Positions 16,186-25,593 are shown, counted from the stretch's first letter. The stretch: DNA of 26,775 nt from a bacterium (GCA_030640905.1 DAOWIM010000082.1:1-26775), one strand, 5' to 3'. Notes: a model not told the origin generated them from the letters alone. Program-made: numbers and translations.

Positions 16186-17622
16186 ATGACGACAAAAGCA
16201 AATACGTTTTCCGCATTCATGGGAGCGGCATTGCTGGCGGTGGCCATCATTCTGACCGCCCTCAGTTGTTCCGAGAAACTCATAAACGAAGGTTCCGGCG
16301 ATCACAATGTGGCTATCAACGCCAAGCTGATGATACCCGACCTGGTGCAGGCAATCAATCGCCTCAGACTGACTGTCAAGGCCGAGGATTTTGACCCGAT
16401 TATCACCGAAAAAGTGTGGGACGGGCGGTCGGTTATCTTCGAAGTGAATATTCCGGCTGGAGCAAACCGGTATTTTTTGCTGGAGGCATACGATACCCGT
16501 GGCGCCCCGGCTGTTGATTCGCTGTCTCTTCTGATCTATTCGGGGACTGCCATTGTCAATGTCGGGTCAGACGGAATCACCGCTGTTCCCATTGAGATGG
16601 TGCCCCGCGTACCGCTGGTAAAAGTCACACCGACTCACAATGTGATCGCCGCCGGCGCCCAGTTCCGGCTCAAGCTGGAAACATTCAACATGACCGACCT
16701 GACCCAGGCCGCCGTCTATCTGTCCAACAACTACGATCACATGACGATTGATTCGGCTACGCGCGGTTCAAGCCTGACCGATACCGATACGTTGAACATC
16801 TTTTACGGAGAGGTAGCCGATTTTATCGGTCTGTCTGTGAACTTGCCGATAAGGAATGATACAACCGATTTTCTCGACCAGAATGGCTACTGCCATATAG
16901 CCAATCTGTTTTACACCAGTCGCTATCTGGCCGACACCGCTGATATCTTCTCGACGATCTCAATGGGTGACTCGCAGTTCTGGCTCAAGACCGGTCAGCT
17001 CAACTACGACCAATTCTATGAACACTACAGCGTCATCCAATTCCGCCCGGCCACCGACATCGCCCTCTTCATTCCTGATACTAGCCTTATGTACTACCTC
17101 GACAACGAGATCAGGCGGGTTACCGGTCTTCCCGCAGGTACCGAAATAATGCTGTCGCACGCGTTGCGCTTGCGCTACATATCATCAATGTTCGATGAAG
17201 CGCATTTCATCGACAGTCTCACCGGTATCGGGCAACTGGCTAACCTGGAGTCGCTGGGCCTTAGCAACCAAACCCTCACCGACCTGACACCGCTGGCTGA
17301 TCTAGCGCGGCTTGAGGTGCTGCGGATGAGTTATTGCAGCCTGACGCCGACAATACTCACCACGATCTCATCAATGACCCGACTGGAGTACATTGATCTG
17401 CGCTGGAATAGTTTGGCCGACATTTCGGCGCTCGAGACGATGACCGGGCTGCGGACGATCTATCTGGACAACAACCAGATAACCGACATAACGCCCCTGG
17501 TGAACAACACCGGTCTCGGCCAATACGACTACGTGTACCTCCGCAACAACCCTCTCGACAACAACTCGACAACCGTTCTGATTCCTCAGCTTCAAGCTCG
17601 CGGGGTAACAGTAACGTTGTAG
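16186..17622 (+). CDS. Leucine-rich-repeat lipoprotein (internalin-like LRRs at the C-terminus)
   Basis: AGGAGG at 16173-16178; lipobox ALSC; repeats LESLGLSNQTLTDLTPL, LEYIDLRWNSLADISAL, LRTIYLDNNQITDITPL. Confidence 0.88.
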   Translation: MTTKANTFSAFMGAALLAVAIILTALSCSEKLINEGSGDHNVAINAKLMIPDLVQAINRLRLTVKAEDFDPIITEKVWDGRSVIFEVNIPAGANRYFLLEAYDTRGAPAVDSLSLLIYSGTAIVNVGSDGITAVPIEMVPRVPLVKVTPTHNVIAAGAQFRLKLETFNMTDLTQAAVYLSNNYDHMTIDSATRGSSLTDTDTLNIFYGEVADFIGLSVNLPIRNDTTDFLDQNGYCHIANLFYTSRYLADTADIFSTISMGDSQFWLKTGQLNYDQFYEHYSVIQFRPATDIALFIPDTSLMYYLDNEIRRVTGLPAGTEIMLSHALRLRYISSMFDEAHFIDSLTGIGQLANLESLGLSNQTLTDLTPLADLARLEVLRMSYCSLTPTILTTISSMTRLEYIDLRWNSLADISALETMTGLRTIYLDNNQITDITPLVNNTGLGQYDYVYLRNNPLDNNSTTVLIPQLQARGVTVTL

Positions 17623-17646
17623 TAGAACACAAGTATCGGACAAAAC

Positions 17647-17678
17647 AAGGGCCGGATTCCCGTGAGAATCCGGCCCTT
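17647..17678. terminator. Terminator hairpin between the convergent kinase operon and T6SS operon
   Basis: 13-bp perfect stem AAGGGCCGGATTC-ccgtga-GAATCCGGCCCTT with A-rich and T-rich flanks. Confidence 0.8.
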
Positions 17679-17708
17679 TCCATTTGGCGTCACCCGTGTT
17701 GTCGTTGT

Positions 17709-18239
17709 CTAATTGTCCTGCAGAATAACCGTCTCGGCGATTGTAGCCGTATAGACCTTGTACGGTGAGATTTCTCCCTGTCCGCCCTTGATAAACAAAC
17801 CGGCAATAAACAGGTACGAAAGAATCTTCTTCCCCTTACCTTCGGCGGTAATCGTACCGGTAAGCTTGATCGGTCCGTTCTCGGCAGTGTGGAAATCGCC
17901 CTTGGGCGTCAACTCGCCGAATTCGAGTACTATCTTTCCCGGTTTACCGGCCTTTCGGGATTTGACCGATTCGGTAACGGTAGCCGTTCCCTCGGCTCCC
18001 TTTTCGATGATCGTCTTGCCACCAATCATGACGTCCTCATCGACATAAAACAGAAGCGGTACACCGGTTCCGAGAACACCCGATGAAATCTTGATGCTGG
18101 TCGGGAACTTGACCTTTATTTCCGTGCCTTCCGGCAATTGCACCTTGGCAGCCTGAGCAGTAGCAACAAAAGAGACAAGTGCTACTATCACTGCTAAGAG
18201 CACAAGTACGTATCGCCGATTAGTAATAAATCTGCTCAT
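17709..18239 (-). CDS. Small secreted protein with TrbI/VirB10-like beta pattern; last gene of the T6SS operon
   Basis: Signal peptide ending AQA; LPEGTEIKV...VDEDVMIGGKTIIEKGAEG.ATV...GKPGKIVL resembles the 'IPxGT...I.KG' VirB10-like family; starts 35 nt after the upstream stop. Confidence 0.55.
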   Translation of the reverse strand: MSRFITNRRYVLVLLAVIVALVSFVATAQAAKVQLPEGTEIKVKFPTSIKISSGVLGTGVPLLFYVDEDVMIGGKTIIEKGAEGTATVTESVKSRKAGKPGKIVLEFGELTPKGDFHTAENGPIKLTGTITAEGKGKKILSYLFIAGLFIKGGQGEISPYKVYTATIAETVILQDN

Positions 18240-18274
18240 TCCCTACTCCATTTCTCAATACGAGTCAGCGTTCC

Positions 18275-20482
18275 TTACTTCTTCAAAACTGGTAATCGTC
18301 CGGCCAGCTCCGGTTTGAAACTTATGGTAACCTGCTTGCCTACATTCTGGAAAGTTAAATTCCCCTCCATTTCGAACAAGCAATATTTTCCCTTCAAGAC
18401 GATTTTGTCACTGGGATTGGCGCCCCAGTTACAAGCCCGATCAATGGCGTCAAATGAGATGTGGATATCATCGTTCAGCTTCCACTCAAATGGATATTCA
18501 TCACCCTCAAATATCTGGTTCTGCTCAGCCCAGGTCGGGTTCTCACCGCGAGCGGTTACTTCAATATGCAGATGAGCATTATCCGGCACTGTTTCAATGC
18601 GGTAAGTGAACTTCTGCTTTTTGGCCCACTTCTTGGCGTCACGGATATACCGATCAACAGCTTTGATCGCAGCCCTATCGGTGAGATCTGACTTGATTTT
18701 CCGGAGCCGCTTGACGGCGCCATCAAGGCGGTAACTTGGATCGTTGTTGCCGTTAACTTCTTCTATAAGATCGTCAAGCTCCACCACCGCCCGCTTGGAT
18801 GCCTCTACCTTGGCCTTAGCTTCGGTTTTGACCTGCAACTTGGCTACCAGCGATTTTCCAAGCTTGCGCTCGGCATCGCTTAAGTCCGTGCCGTAGTTGT
18901 CACCATTAAATTTGACCTGCTCGACTACAGCCGTAGGAATTGTACTGTCACCGCGACTGGCAATAAACTGCGAAAACAATTCCCAGTAGCGTAGAACTCG
19001 CCCGCTTCGTGTAAAGAGCACAGAGGTCTCATCACCAGTGTGGAACTCACCGAGATCGGCCAGCATCTTCTCCAAGTCGGGCAACATCTCAAGCGAATCA
19101 GTCGCCGGATTGAGTTTTGGCCAATAGGCCGAGTCGCTGACCATCGCATTGAAACGAGTGATCGTCTTGTCCAGAACCTTAACCGATTCAGAGATGTCAA
19201 AATCCCGATAGAACTGTCGGACCTTACCGGAAGGAGCCTGGAACTCTTTGAAGAACCACTTCACACACCACGAGTTTTCGTAACGACTGTAAGCTGTCTG
19301 AATACGACGACGCTCATCGGCCCCGGTGCTAAACACCTGACCGGAGTTGGCCTTCAAGATTTCTCGCTCCACCAACTCCGCCTGAGGCAGAAGATAGTTG
19401 AGATGATAGATAAACGGCATCGAACAGAGCACCGCCCAGATGATACTGACAATCATGACAACCTTGGCAAGAGCTCGTATACGTGAAACACCTCGATTCC
19501 GACGCACTGCAGTGAGAATCCAGTAGAAGGGATCTTTCACACCGATCGGCCTGATCTTTGAAGGCGGCTTGTAGATCGAACGACCTACATCGGTACCAAC
19601 TTTTTCAGGCTCATCACCGGTATTGGAAACGAAGAATATCTGGAAGTTAAGCGTCCGGCCAACGATAACCTTTAGGAAATCAGCCAGCTTGATCAGAACG
19701 TTACGCACCGACCCAGCCCAGGCCTGATCGGCCGACACCGTTTTCCCGGCCAGCATTCTATTCAGGAACATATCGAAATCATCGCTGAGCAGATGCTCGT
19801 CTTCGGGACTAATCAGCATTACCTGATCATCCTTGGCAAAACCCGGTAACACATCAGCCTTGGTAACCACCAAACCAACCGGTATTGGCAAACGTTTGTG
19901 TCCGGGAGCGATCTGTTCAATCAAACTGACAAACGATGAAACGTGTGCCTGACTCTCAAGCTCCGATCCCATCACCTTCGGATCATAGAAAAACAACAAG
20001 CCATCGCACGAAGTCATGAAATCGATTATCTTGTCCTTGAGTTCGTCGCCGCCAGCCAACGCTATCGATTTGCCGGGGAAGTCATACGCCACCACCGGCA
20101 CCTTCGTCGAACCATCAAGGATCGCATTGAATATCAGGCACTGATCCTTCTCGGAAGGATCGGGGAATTTCCGTTCACCCCTCAGGTCCACCACGGTGCC
20201 GACTTCCGAAGTTGAACCCAGCCCCCAGATAGCCCTGCGGTTCATCAGGAACGAATTAGAAGTGGCATTATCTGTTACAGAAAGCTGCAGATTCTTCGAA
20301 ATCTTGCTCTCTTCGTTGAGGACCGTAAAATAAACCGTCTTGCCGCTATTCTGATGTCCATAGATGCCTATCTTGATACCCGCCGGCCATTCAAAAGCGC
20401 CACCACCACCGCTGCCTTTCGACTTGCTGGCTGCTTTCGAGCCGAACTTGAAAAGTTTCTTTATGACTTTAAGCGGTTTCAT
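18275..20482 (-). CDS. TssM/IcmF-like membrane protein: N-terminal P-loop NTPase, one TM, periplasmic helical plus beta domain (735 aa)
   Basis: GHQNSGKT, YDFPG, DGLLFFYD and PVGLVVTKADVLPGF (compare IcmF-type PVY...TKxDL..GF); TM VMIVSIIWAVLCSMPFIY; position two genes downstream of tssK. Confidence 0.65.
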   Translation of the reverse strand: MKPLKVIKKLFKFGSKAASKSKGSGGGGAFEWPAGIKIGIYGHQNSGKTVYFTVLNEESKISKNLQLSVTDNATSNSFLMNRRAIWGLGSTSEVGTVVDLRGERKFPDPSEKDQCLIFNAILDGSTKVPVVAYDFPGKSIALAGGDELKDKIIDFMTSCDGLLFFYDPKVMGSELESQAHVSSFVSLIEQIAPGHKRLPIPVGLVVTKADVLPGFAKDDQVMLISPEDEHLLSDDFDMFLNRMLAGKTVSADQAWAGSVRNVLIKLADFLKVIVGRTLNFQIFFVSNTGDEPEKVGTDVGRSIYKPPSKIRPIGVKDPFYWILTAVRRNRGVSRIRALAKVVMIVSIIWAVLCSMPFIYHLNYLLPQAELVEREILKANSGQVFSTGADERRRIQTAYSRYENSWCVKWFFKEFQAPSGKVRQFYRDFDISESVKVLDKTITRFNAMVSDSAYWPKLNPATDSLEMLPDLEKMLADLGEFHTGDETSVLFTRSGRVLRYWELFSQFIASRGDSTIPTAVVEQVKFNGDNYGTDLSDAERKLGKSLVAKLQVKTEAKAKVEASKRAVVELDDLIEEVNGNNDPSYRLDGAVKRLRKIKSDLTDRAAIKAVDRYIRDAKKWAKKQKFTYRIETVPDNAHLHIEVTARGENPTWAEQNQIFEGDEYPFEWKLNDDIHISFDAIDRACNWGANPSDKIVLKGKYCLFEMEGNLTFQNVGKQVTISFKPELAGRLPVLKK

Positions 20483-20516
20483 ATATCCTCAATTAAGAAC
20501 AGCATCCTGCTGCCGG

Positions 20517-21440
20517 TCACTTTCCCCCTCCACTGCGGAGGTTGCTGGCTTTTTCCTGAAATTCCGTCAATACTTTGTTCGTTTTTCCACTCCACCAACT
20601 CGGCACACCAATCGCCACACCGAGGAAGATGATTATCACAATCGTATAGACAAAGTAGGCCAGCGAACGTTGTGTACTCAGCAATCTAAAATAACTAAAA
20701 TTGGAAAAGGCGCCCCTGACCTTGGTGCCAAGCTCGCCAAACCATGAGGAGAGTTTAGACCAGAAAGTGGTCGTGGCAAAATATCCCCAATCCCTCAAGA
20801 AATACTCAACAAGCTTACTGCCACCGCCCAGCCGTCCAAAAACATCAACCCGCTGCAAATGAAATTCCAGCGAATTGCGGTCGTCAATGAGGTCTTTACC
20901 AAGAGCCAGCCGACGGCGCTGCAACTGGAGCATCTTGCCGGCGGTGGAAAAAGCGTCGAAAGCTTCCGGCGACAGGTCAGCATTAACACGGGTGCCGAAC
21001 TTGTTCATATAGGCGCCAACTTCTCCCAGGAAAAACGAGCTCAACTCGAAATTGTTCTTCAGGCTGCCTTCCTCGAAAAGCTGCTTGACAAGGTGACCCT
21101 CGAAAAACGCTACATCCTGTTTGGCCGGTCGAAGATTCCGACAGTATGAATATGCCTGATTGGAACGACCATCAGTATCCGCTTCCGACTCAAACCGCGT
21201 GATCAGCACCTGAACCGTAACCTGTCGAAGATCGGACGATGTCAGCGGCGAGAGCTTGATCTTGTCCAGAAAGTAGTAGTCAATCTCAACTGCCTGGTCA
21301 CGGTCACTTCGCAGAGTCTGGAAAACATTGATGATCCCGGTGTAAGTCTGAAGAAACGCTTCTGTCTTGAACTGAGCGTAGTCCGTCTCGTACGTCTCTA
21401 TATATTTGAAGAGGTCATCAATGTAGGATTTCATCGCCAC
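20517..21440 (-). CDS. Hypothetical inner-membrane protein with TssL/DotU-like topology
   Basis: Helical soluble N-terminal region with a single C-terminal TM (YFVYTIVIIIFLGVAIGVPSWW); sits between tssK and the TssM-like gene. No DotU sequence motif recognised. Confidence 0.55.
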   Translation of the reverse strand: MAMKSYIDDLFKYIETYETDYAQFKTEAFLQTYTGIINVFQTLRSDRDQAVEIDYYFLDKIKLSPLTSSDLRQVTVQVLITRFESEADTDGRSNQAYSYCRNLRPAKQDVAFFEGHLVKQLFEEGSLKNNFELSSFFLGEVGAYMNKFGTRVNADLSPEAFDAFSTAGKMLQLQRRRLALGKDLIDDRNSLEFHLQRVDVFGRLGGGSKLVEYFLRDWGYFATTTFWSKLSSWFGELGTKVRGAFSNFSYFRLLSTQRSLAYFVYTIVIIIFLGVAIGVPSWWSGKTNKVLTEFQEKASNLRSGGGK

Positions 21441-21463
21441 AACAATTACACCATAGCCTTCCG

Positions 21464-22915
21464 TTACAGTTTATAAATAATCAGGTCCGATTTGCCGAGA
21501 CTGGAGAGTTTCTCAGCATCGCCCGCACCGCGGAAAATCAGAGTCACCTGTTTGACCTGGGACGATTTTACCATATCCTGCGCATGCAGAGACACTTTAT
21601 TGGCAAAAGTTCCCGCATCAATCGATATCGGGTCTGTCTCGCCAAGTCCTCGTGCTTCGTTGAGACCCAACCGAACCTGCATGTTCGACCAGATTCTCGT
21701 CTCAAACAAATCTTTGGCCATCAGGATCACTAAGTCAGACATCGGCGCAGGCTTGGCAATCTCCACCACTAAGTAGTGCAAATCACCAACTTTTTCCACC
21801 TTACTGCTACTGTAGTCAGCCAGTTGGAACGTAATCCCTCGGTATGTCAGCGACTCGGTAGCCATCGCCTGATCGGCCAGTTGATCCTTTTTGACCTCGG
21901 CAAAGAAGCCCAGGATCGCCCGAAGCGTTGAGAGGAGACTGTCAATCGAAGCGAGATGACCGCCCAGATCGTTATGGTTGTAGGGAGCCATCAGGAAACT
22001 ATCGATAGACTTCATATATCGTTCGATATCCGACTGGCCCACCTTCATAAAGTACTTCTCGTTCACATAGTCCCTGAGACCGCCGTGTAGATTCAGAAGC
22101 GTGGAGAAAACCCGAAACAGCCGCTTGAAATAAACCACCAGCGAAAGCGGGTGAGACGCATTTCTTCCGGGCACCAGTTGATCAAAAGACGATGCCAGAT
22201 GATGGACAAAATGCCCAATCGTATCCTTAAAGGCCGCCTGCAACGAGGTCTTCTGGCTGGCCAGCGTTGTGTCCGCCGATATTGCCATATAAGCCTGCGA
22301 TGCCAGCGTAATCAGAGTATCCAGTCGGTTCTTATAATCGTGGACTTTTTTGTCGAGACCCTCATCAGAAAAAAGCGTCATGCACGGAGGATAGTATTCC
22401 GCTGCCGGTGTCACTTCGCCACCCGATACCTTTAACGAAGCTATCTGAATATACTGCCCCTCAGGCACCGATGGTTTCTTGCCGATGTGCACGGCACAAT
22501 CGTGGCAAATATACGGTACGCGGGGAACTTCCTCAGAAGGATCAGGATCACCCACCTGCTTTTTCCCGACCGCATCAATCGAAATATAGACCGGTACGGC
22601 ACCATCGGAAACCTGAGCTTCTGCCTGTGCTCCGCCGTACGATGATTCATTGATCTCAACATAGTGTCCATCAGGCATCAGCGCCTGGCAACGAACAACT
22701 TCGACCGCCAACCGCCCCCCTCTGACCGATAGATTGAGACTCAGAGCCGGTTTACCGGAAAATGATTTCCGCACCAACCCATAGTTGTCAGCAACCTGCA
22801 AACTGTGCCATCGAACCAGTTCTTCAACATAGCGCTCCTGATCCCGGAGATGCTGCTGCGTAATCAGCATTCCGTCTTGCCAGTTAACCGAGTATAAGTT
22901 TAAGTCACTCATCAC
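21464..22915 (-). CDS. tssK: Type VI secretion baseplate subunit TssK, Bacteroidota-like N-terminus
   Basis: N-terminal VNWQDGMLITQQHL...NYGL motif; located in a baseplate gene cluster. Confidence 0.85.
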   Translation of the reverse strand: MMSDLNLYSVNWQDGMLITQQHLRDQERYVEELVRWHSLQVADNYGLVRKSFSGKPALSLNLSVRGGRLAVEVVRCQALMPDGHYVEINESSYGGAQAEAQVSDGAVPVYISIDAVGKKQVGDPDPSEEVPRVPYICHDCAVHIGKKPSVPEGQYIQIASLKVSGGEVTPAAEYYPPCMTLFSDEGLDKKVHDYKNRLDTLITLASQAYMAISADTTLASQKTSLQAAFKDTIGHFVHHLASSFDQLVPGRNASHPLSLVVYFKRLFRVFSTLLNLHGGLRDYVNEKYFMKVGQSDIERYMKSIDSFLMAPYNHNDLGGHLASIDSLLSTLRAILGFFAEVKKDQLADQAMATESLTYRGITFQLADYSSSKVEKVGDLHYLVVEIAKPAPMSDLVILMAKDLFETRIWSNMQVRLGLNEARGLGETDPISIDAGTFANKVSLHAQDMVKSSQVKQVTLIFRGAGDAEKLSSLGKSDLIIYKL

Positions 22916-22997
22916 TTTGCCTCTAACAGAAGGAACTCGCCAAGAATCTATGACTGTCGTGTCCCAAAGTCAAGAACAACTCCTTTCACTATCGCAC

Positions 22998-23909
22998 TCA
23001 AACGTGCGAAGAATATCCAAGGTAACATTCGCCAGAAGCGTTTCCAATTTTCACACTCTGGCGAGTTGTCTTTACGCGAATCGTGTAATCAAGATGATTC
23101 GGCATCGCAATTTCAAGGGCCCGCTCTATCTTGCGGCGCGTTCTGCCTCCCGGCAGCAGGTCAGCCGCTTCTTTGGGCCGCACGCCGCTTATAATCACTT
23201 CGTACCCTGAGTCAAGATCAGAAAATCTACGACCGAGAATAGTCCCTTTACCGAGCGGGTCTTTCTCGGAACCAAGCTTGTACCTACAGTCTTCAGGAAT
23301 CTCATTTTCAAGCCGTACGTTTTCGACAATGTCAAATCCAAACCCAAACAGCGTCTTCAGAACGCGACAGACCAGCTCAGCATTTCCGGCCCATAGATGA
23401 AAACCGGGGAACACAGCAGACCAGACTAACATTTCGTCAAGGTCGGCTGCGTTTTCATCGGATGAAAAATTGAAGAGCTTCAGAAATCTCTTGAGATGCG
23501 CATAGTCAATAAACCCGAAACTACTCTTGAGGCTCTCAAATTCCGCCGTCGCTTCATGCCGAACCACAGCCGCATCAAAGGGAGCCATTACCGCTCGCGC
23601 CTGATCTTCCCAACTACCGGTCGAATCGGCGATCCTCTGTACACCGTAAAAAAACTGGTATGGCATACAATCGACAGCGCTGGGGAATCCAACCCGAAGA
23701 GTAATCTTGACATGCTCCCCCAGCGGCGTACCGGGCTCCGGGTCCTGACCGAGTATCTCGCCTTTATAGTTCTCAAACTCCCCGACAGCAATCAGATCAA
23801 CTTTGTTGATATCAACACCAAGCTTAGTCAACGTATTCAACGCCGCACCGTAGTGAAACGGATAACGACGATTACAAAAATCGGGCATGCCCTGGCTACC
23901 GGGATTCAT
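22998..23909 (-). CDS. tssG: Type VI secretion baseplate subunit TssG with an N-terminal PASTA-like domain
   Basis: ATGA overlap with tssF; TssG-like WAGNAELVCRVLKTLFGFGFDIVEN and LLPGG...IERALEIAMP; N-terminal MPDF...GEILGQDPEPGTPL...ITLRVG. Confidence 0.78.
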   Translation of the reverse strand: MNPGSQGMPDFCNRRYPFHYGAALNTLTKLGVDINKVDLIAVGEFENYKGEILGQDPEPGTPLGEHVKITLRVGFPSAVDCMPYQFFYGVQRIADSTGSWEDQARAVMAPFDAAVVRHEATAEFESLKSSFGFIDYAHLKRFLKLFNFSSDENAADLDEMLVWSAVFPGFHLWAGNAELVCRVLKTLFGFGFDIVENVRLENEIPEDCRYKLGSEKDPLGKGTILGRRFSDLDSGYEVIISGVRPKEAADLLPGGRTRRKIERALEIAMPNHLDYTIRVKTTRQSVKIGNASGECYLGYSSHV

Positions 23910-25573
23910 CGCCTGATAATCTCCACAACAAAAGTCGAATTAACAGCAGATCGTGACCGGAGAAACTCATTGAGCCGCCGCTGCAACAGAGTAGCTTCGT
24001 CATCGGAATAAAAATCCTCAGCCCCTACCTGCACCCGGACCCTGATACACCGCCTGACACCACGATCAATCCGCTGGACGCTGTTGTCGCACTCGACCTT
24101 GTTGATTCTGGGATCAAACGCTTTTGTCCAGGAAGCAATCTCTTCAAAACTCAGCACTCGGTCACGGTTGCGCAGACGTGCCGATACCTCGGTCATGATC
24201 TGGGCCTCGGTCTTTGCCGGTATGGCACCGAGAACGGGAACGATATTTTCAGCCTCAGACACTCCCGGATGCTTCTCATAAAGCTCGCTGACCTGACCTG
24301 CCGAAATACCGTTGGCGGCTACCCCGGCGGTGATAGCGTAGTTCACTGTCACGTAGTCGGGAGGAGCTTCAAGCTGGGTCGAAAAATCAAACCACAGCAC
24401 CAGATGGTTGTTCCTCTCCTCAAGAGCGTAGGAACGCTGCGAAGGATTAGCCTGAATCTTATGACGCGGCAGATATTCATCCCCGCGCGAATCGACGACC
24501 GAAGTGATCCCCAGGATATTGTCCAACTCCTCCGGCACCTCTACTTCAACAAGCTTATTCCCGCCCGTGTACTTGTAGGTCGATAGTTCGTTCTTATTGG
24601 TTGCCACAAAACAGTTGAAATGGAGGTTGAAGCCATCTTTCAATTTGAGCTTGTTGCCACCGGGAGGCAGATCTATCCGAATCCAGTAGAACCGGTCACC
24701 CGATGCATCCAGATCGATATCGTGATGCACCAGCAGATCACACAGGCCGGGGTCGGTCGGGCCAAGTTCCCATGTCGATGTGAATTTGTCGGGAAGAATC
24801 ACAAAGTTGTCACCAAGTTGGTCGAATAGGTCAGAGGAACTTCGCAGCCCACCCCAGTCAACCCGTTCGCCGGATTCGGCAAACAGCGCTTCCACATCAC
24901 CAGCCAGACCCGGACAATAGCCCGAATCCTCGTGGAAACCACCAAAATTGGAACCGGGGTACCAGTGCCCCCACTGAAGCTGTCGCAGAACAGTATCAGG
25001 ACCGGCCAGATACAAACTGGCTCCCTTAAGCGCCGAAGGCATCCCGCCGTACTCGACCGCTGCATAAACCTGTCCCGAACCTTTCCCCAGTAGGTCGGTA
25101 TCGGGGATATGGTGGCCGCCGACCGATCCTTCGGAGGGCATAAGATTTACCAGCGTGTCTTCAAAGCGGACAAACAAGTGCCGCACTTCCGCCGCGATCA
25201 ACTTCTCCTGCTTCTGCGAAGAGAAGAAGAACGTCTTGCCACCCTCGCGTTTCTCCTTGTAGAAAAAGCGTGTGTGTTCGTCTATCTCAACGACCGGATC
25301 GGAGATCGCACACTTCATGATAGTGAACGCCGGCACCGGCCATTTCTTGCTTTCGGGCACCAGTGACTTGATAAGCGAGTTGATCGAAACTTCCCATGTC
25401 TGGTCAATCCGTTTGTCAATCCGCTCCAGTTGGTGAGCGTAAAGCTGAATCAATATCTTCAGGACCGGATCAAGCCGATCAACCGATTCGGAAACGGAAG
25501 GATTCCACCGCCGTAACTCGCGATGCATATCTGAAAATATCTGTTCTTTCGATCGTGATTTCTCAATACTCAT
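23906..25573 (-). CDS. tssF: Type VI secretion baseplate subunit TssF, Bacteroidota-like
   Basis: N-terminal DPVLKILIQLYAHQLERI...LVP...PVPAFTI; C-terminal LRNRDRVLSFEEI; lies between gp25-like and tssG genes. Confidence 0.83.
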   Translation of the reverse strand: MSIEKSRSKEQIFSDMHRELRRWNPSVSESVDRLDPVLKILIQLYAHQLERIDKRIDQTWEVSINSLIKSLVPESKKWPVPAFTIMKCAISDPVVEIDEHTRFFYKEKREGGKTFFFSSQKQEKLIAAEVRHLFVRFEDTLVNLMPSEGSVGGHHIPDTDLLGKGSGQVYAAVEYGGMPSALKGASLYLAGPDTVLRQLQWGHWYPGSNFGGFHEDSGYCPGLAGDVEALFAESGERVDWGGLRSSSDLFDQLGDNFVILPDKFTSTWELGPTDPGLCDLLVHHDIDLDASGDRFYWIRIDLPPGGNKLKLKDGFNLHFNCFVATNKNELSTYKYTGGNKLVEVEVPEELDNILGITSVVDSRGDEYLPRHKIQANPSQRSYALEERNNHLVLWFDFSTQLEAPPDYVTVNYAITAGVAANGISAGQVSELYEKHPGVSEAENIVPVLGAIPAKTEAQIMTEVSARLRNRDRVLSFEEIASWTKAFDPRINKVECDNSVQRIDRGVRRCIRVRVQVGAEDFYSDDEATLLQRRLNEFLRSRSAVNSTFVVEIIRR

Positions 25574-25593
25574 TTCGGTGTCCGTTCCGCCTG

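Noticed and set aside
9622-24011. Long alternative-frame or antisense ORFs (e.g. 9622-10221, 10775-11557, 14112-14639, 19040-19486, 23496-24011; also 1470-2009)
   Set aside because: They are shadows of well-supported genes, with no recognisable motifs or RBS. Such ORFs are expected in GC-rich coding DNA.
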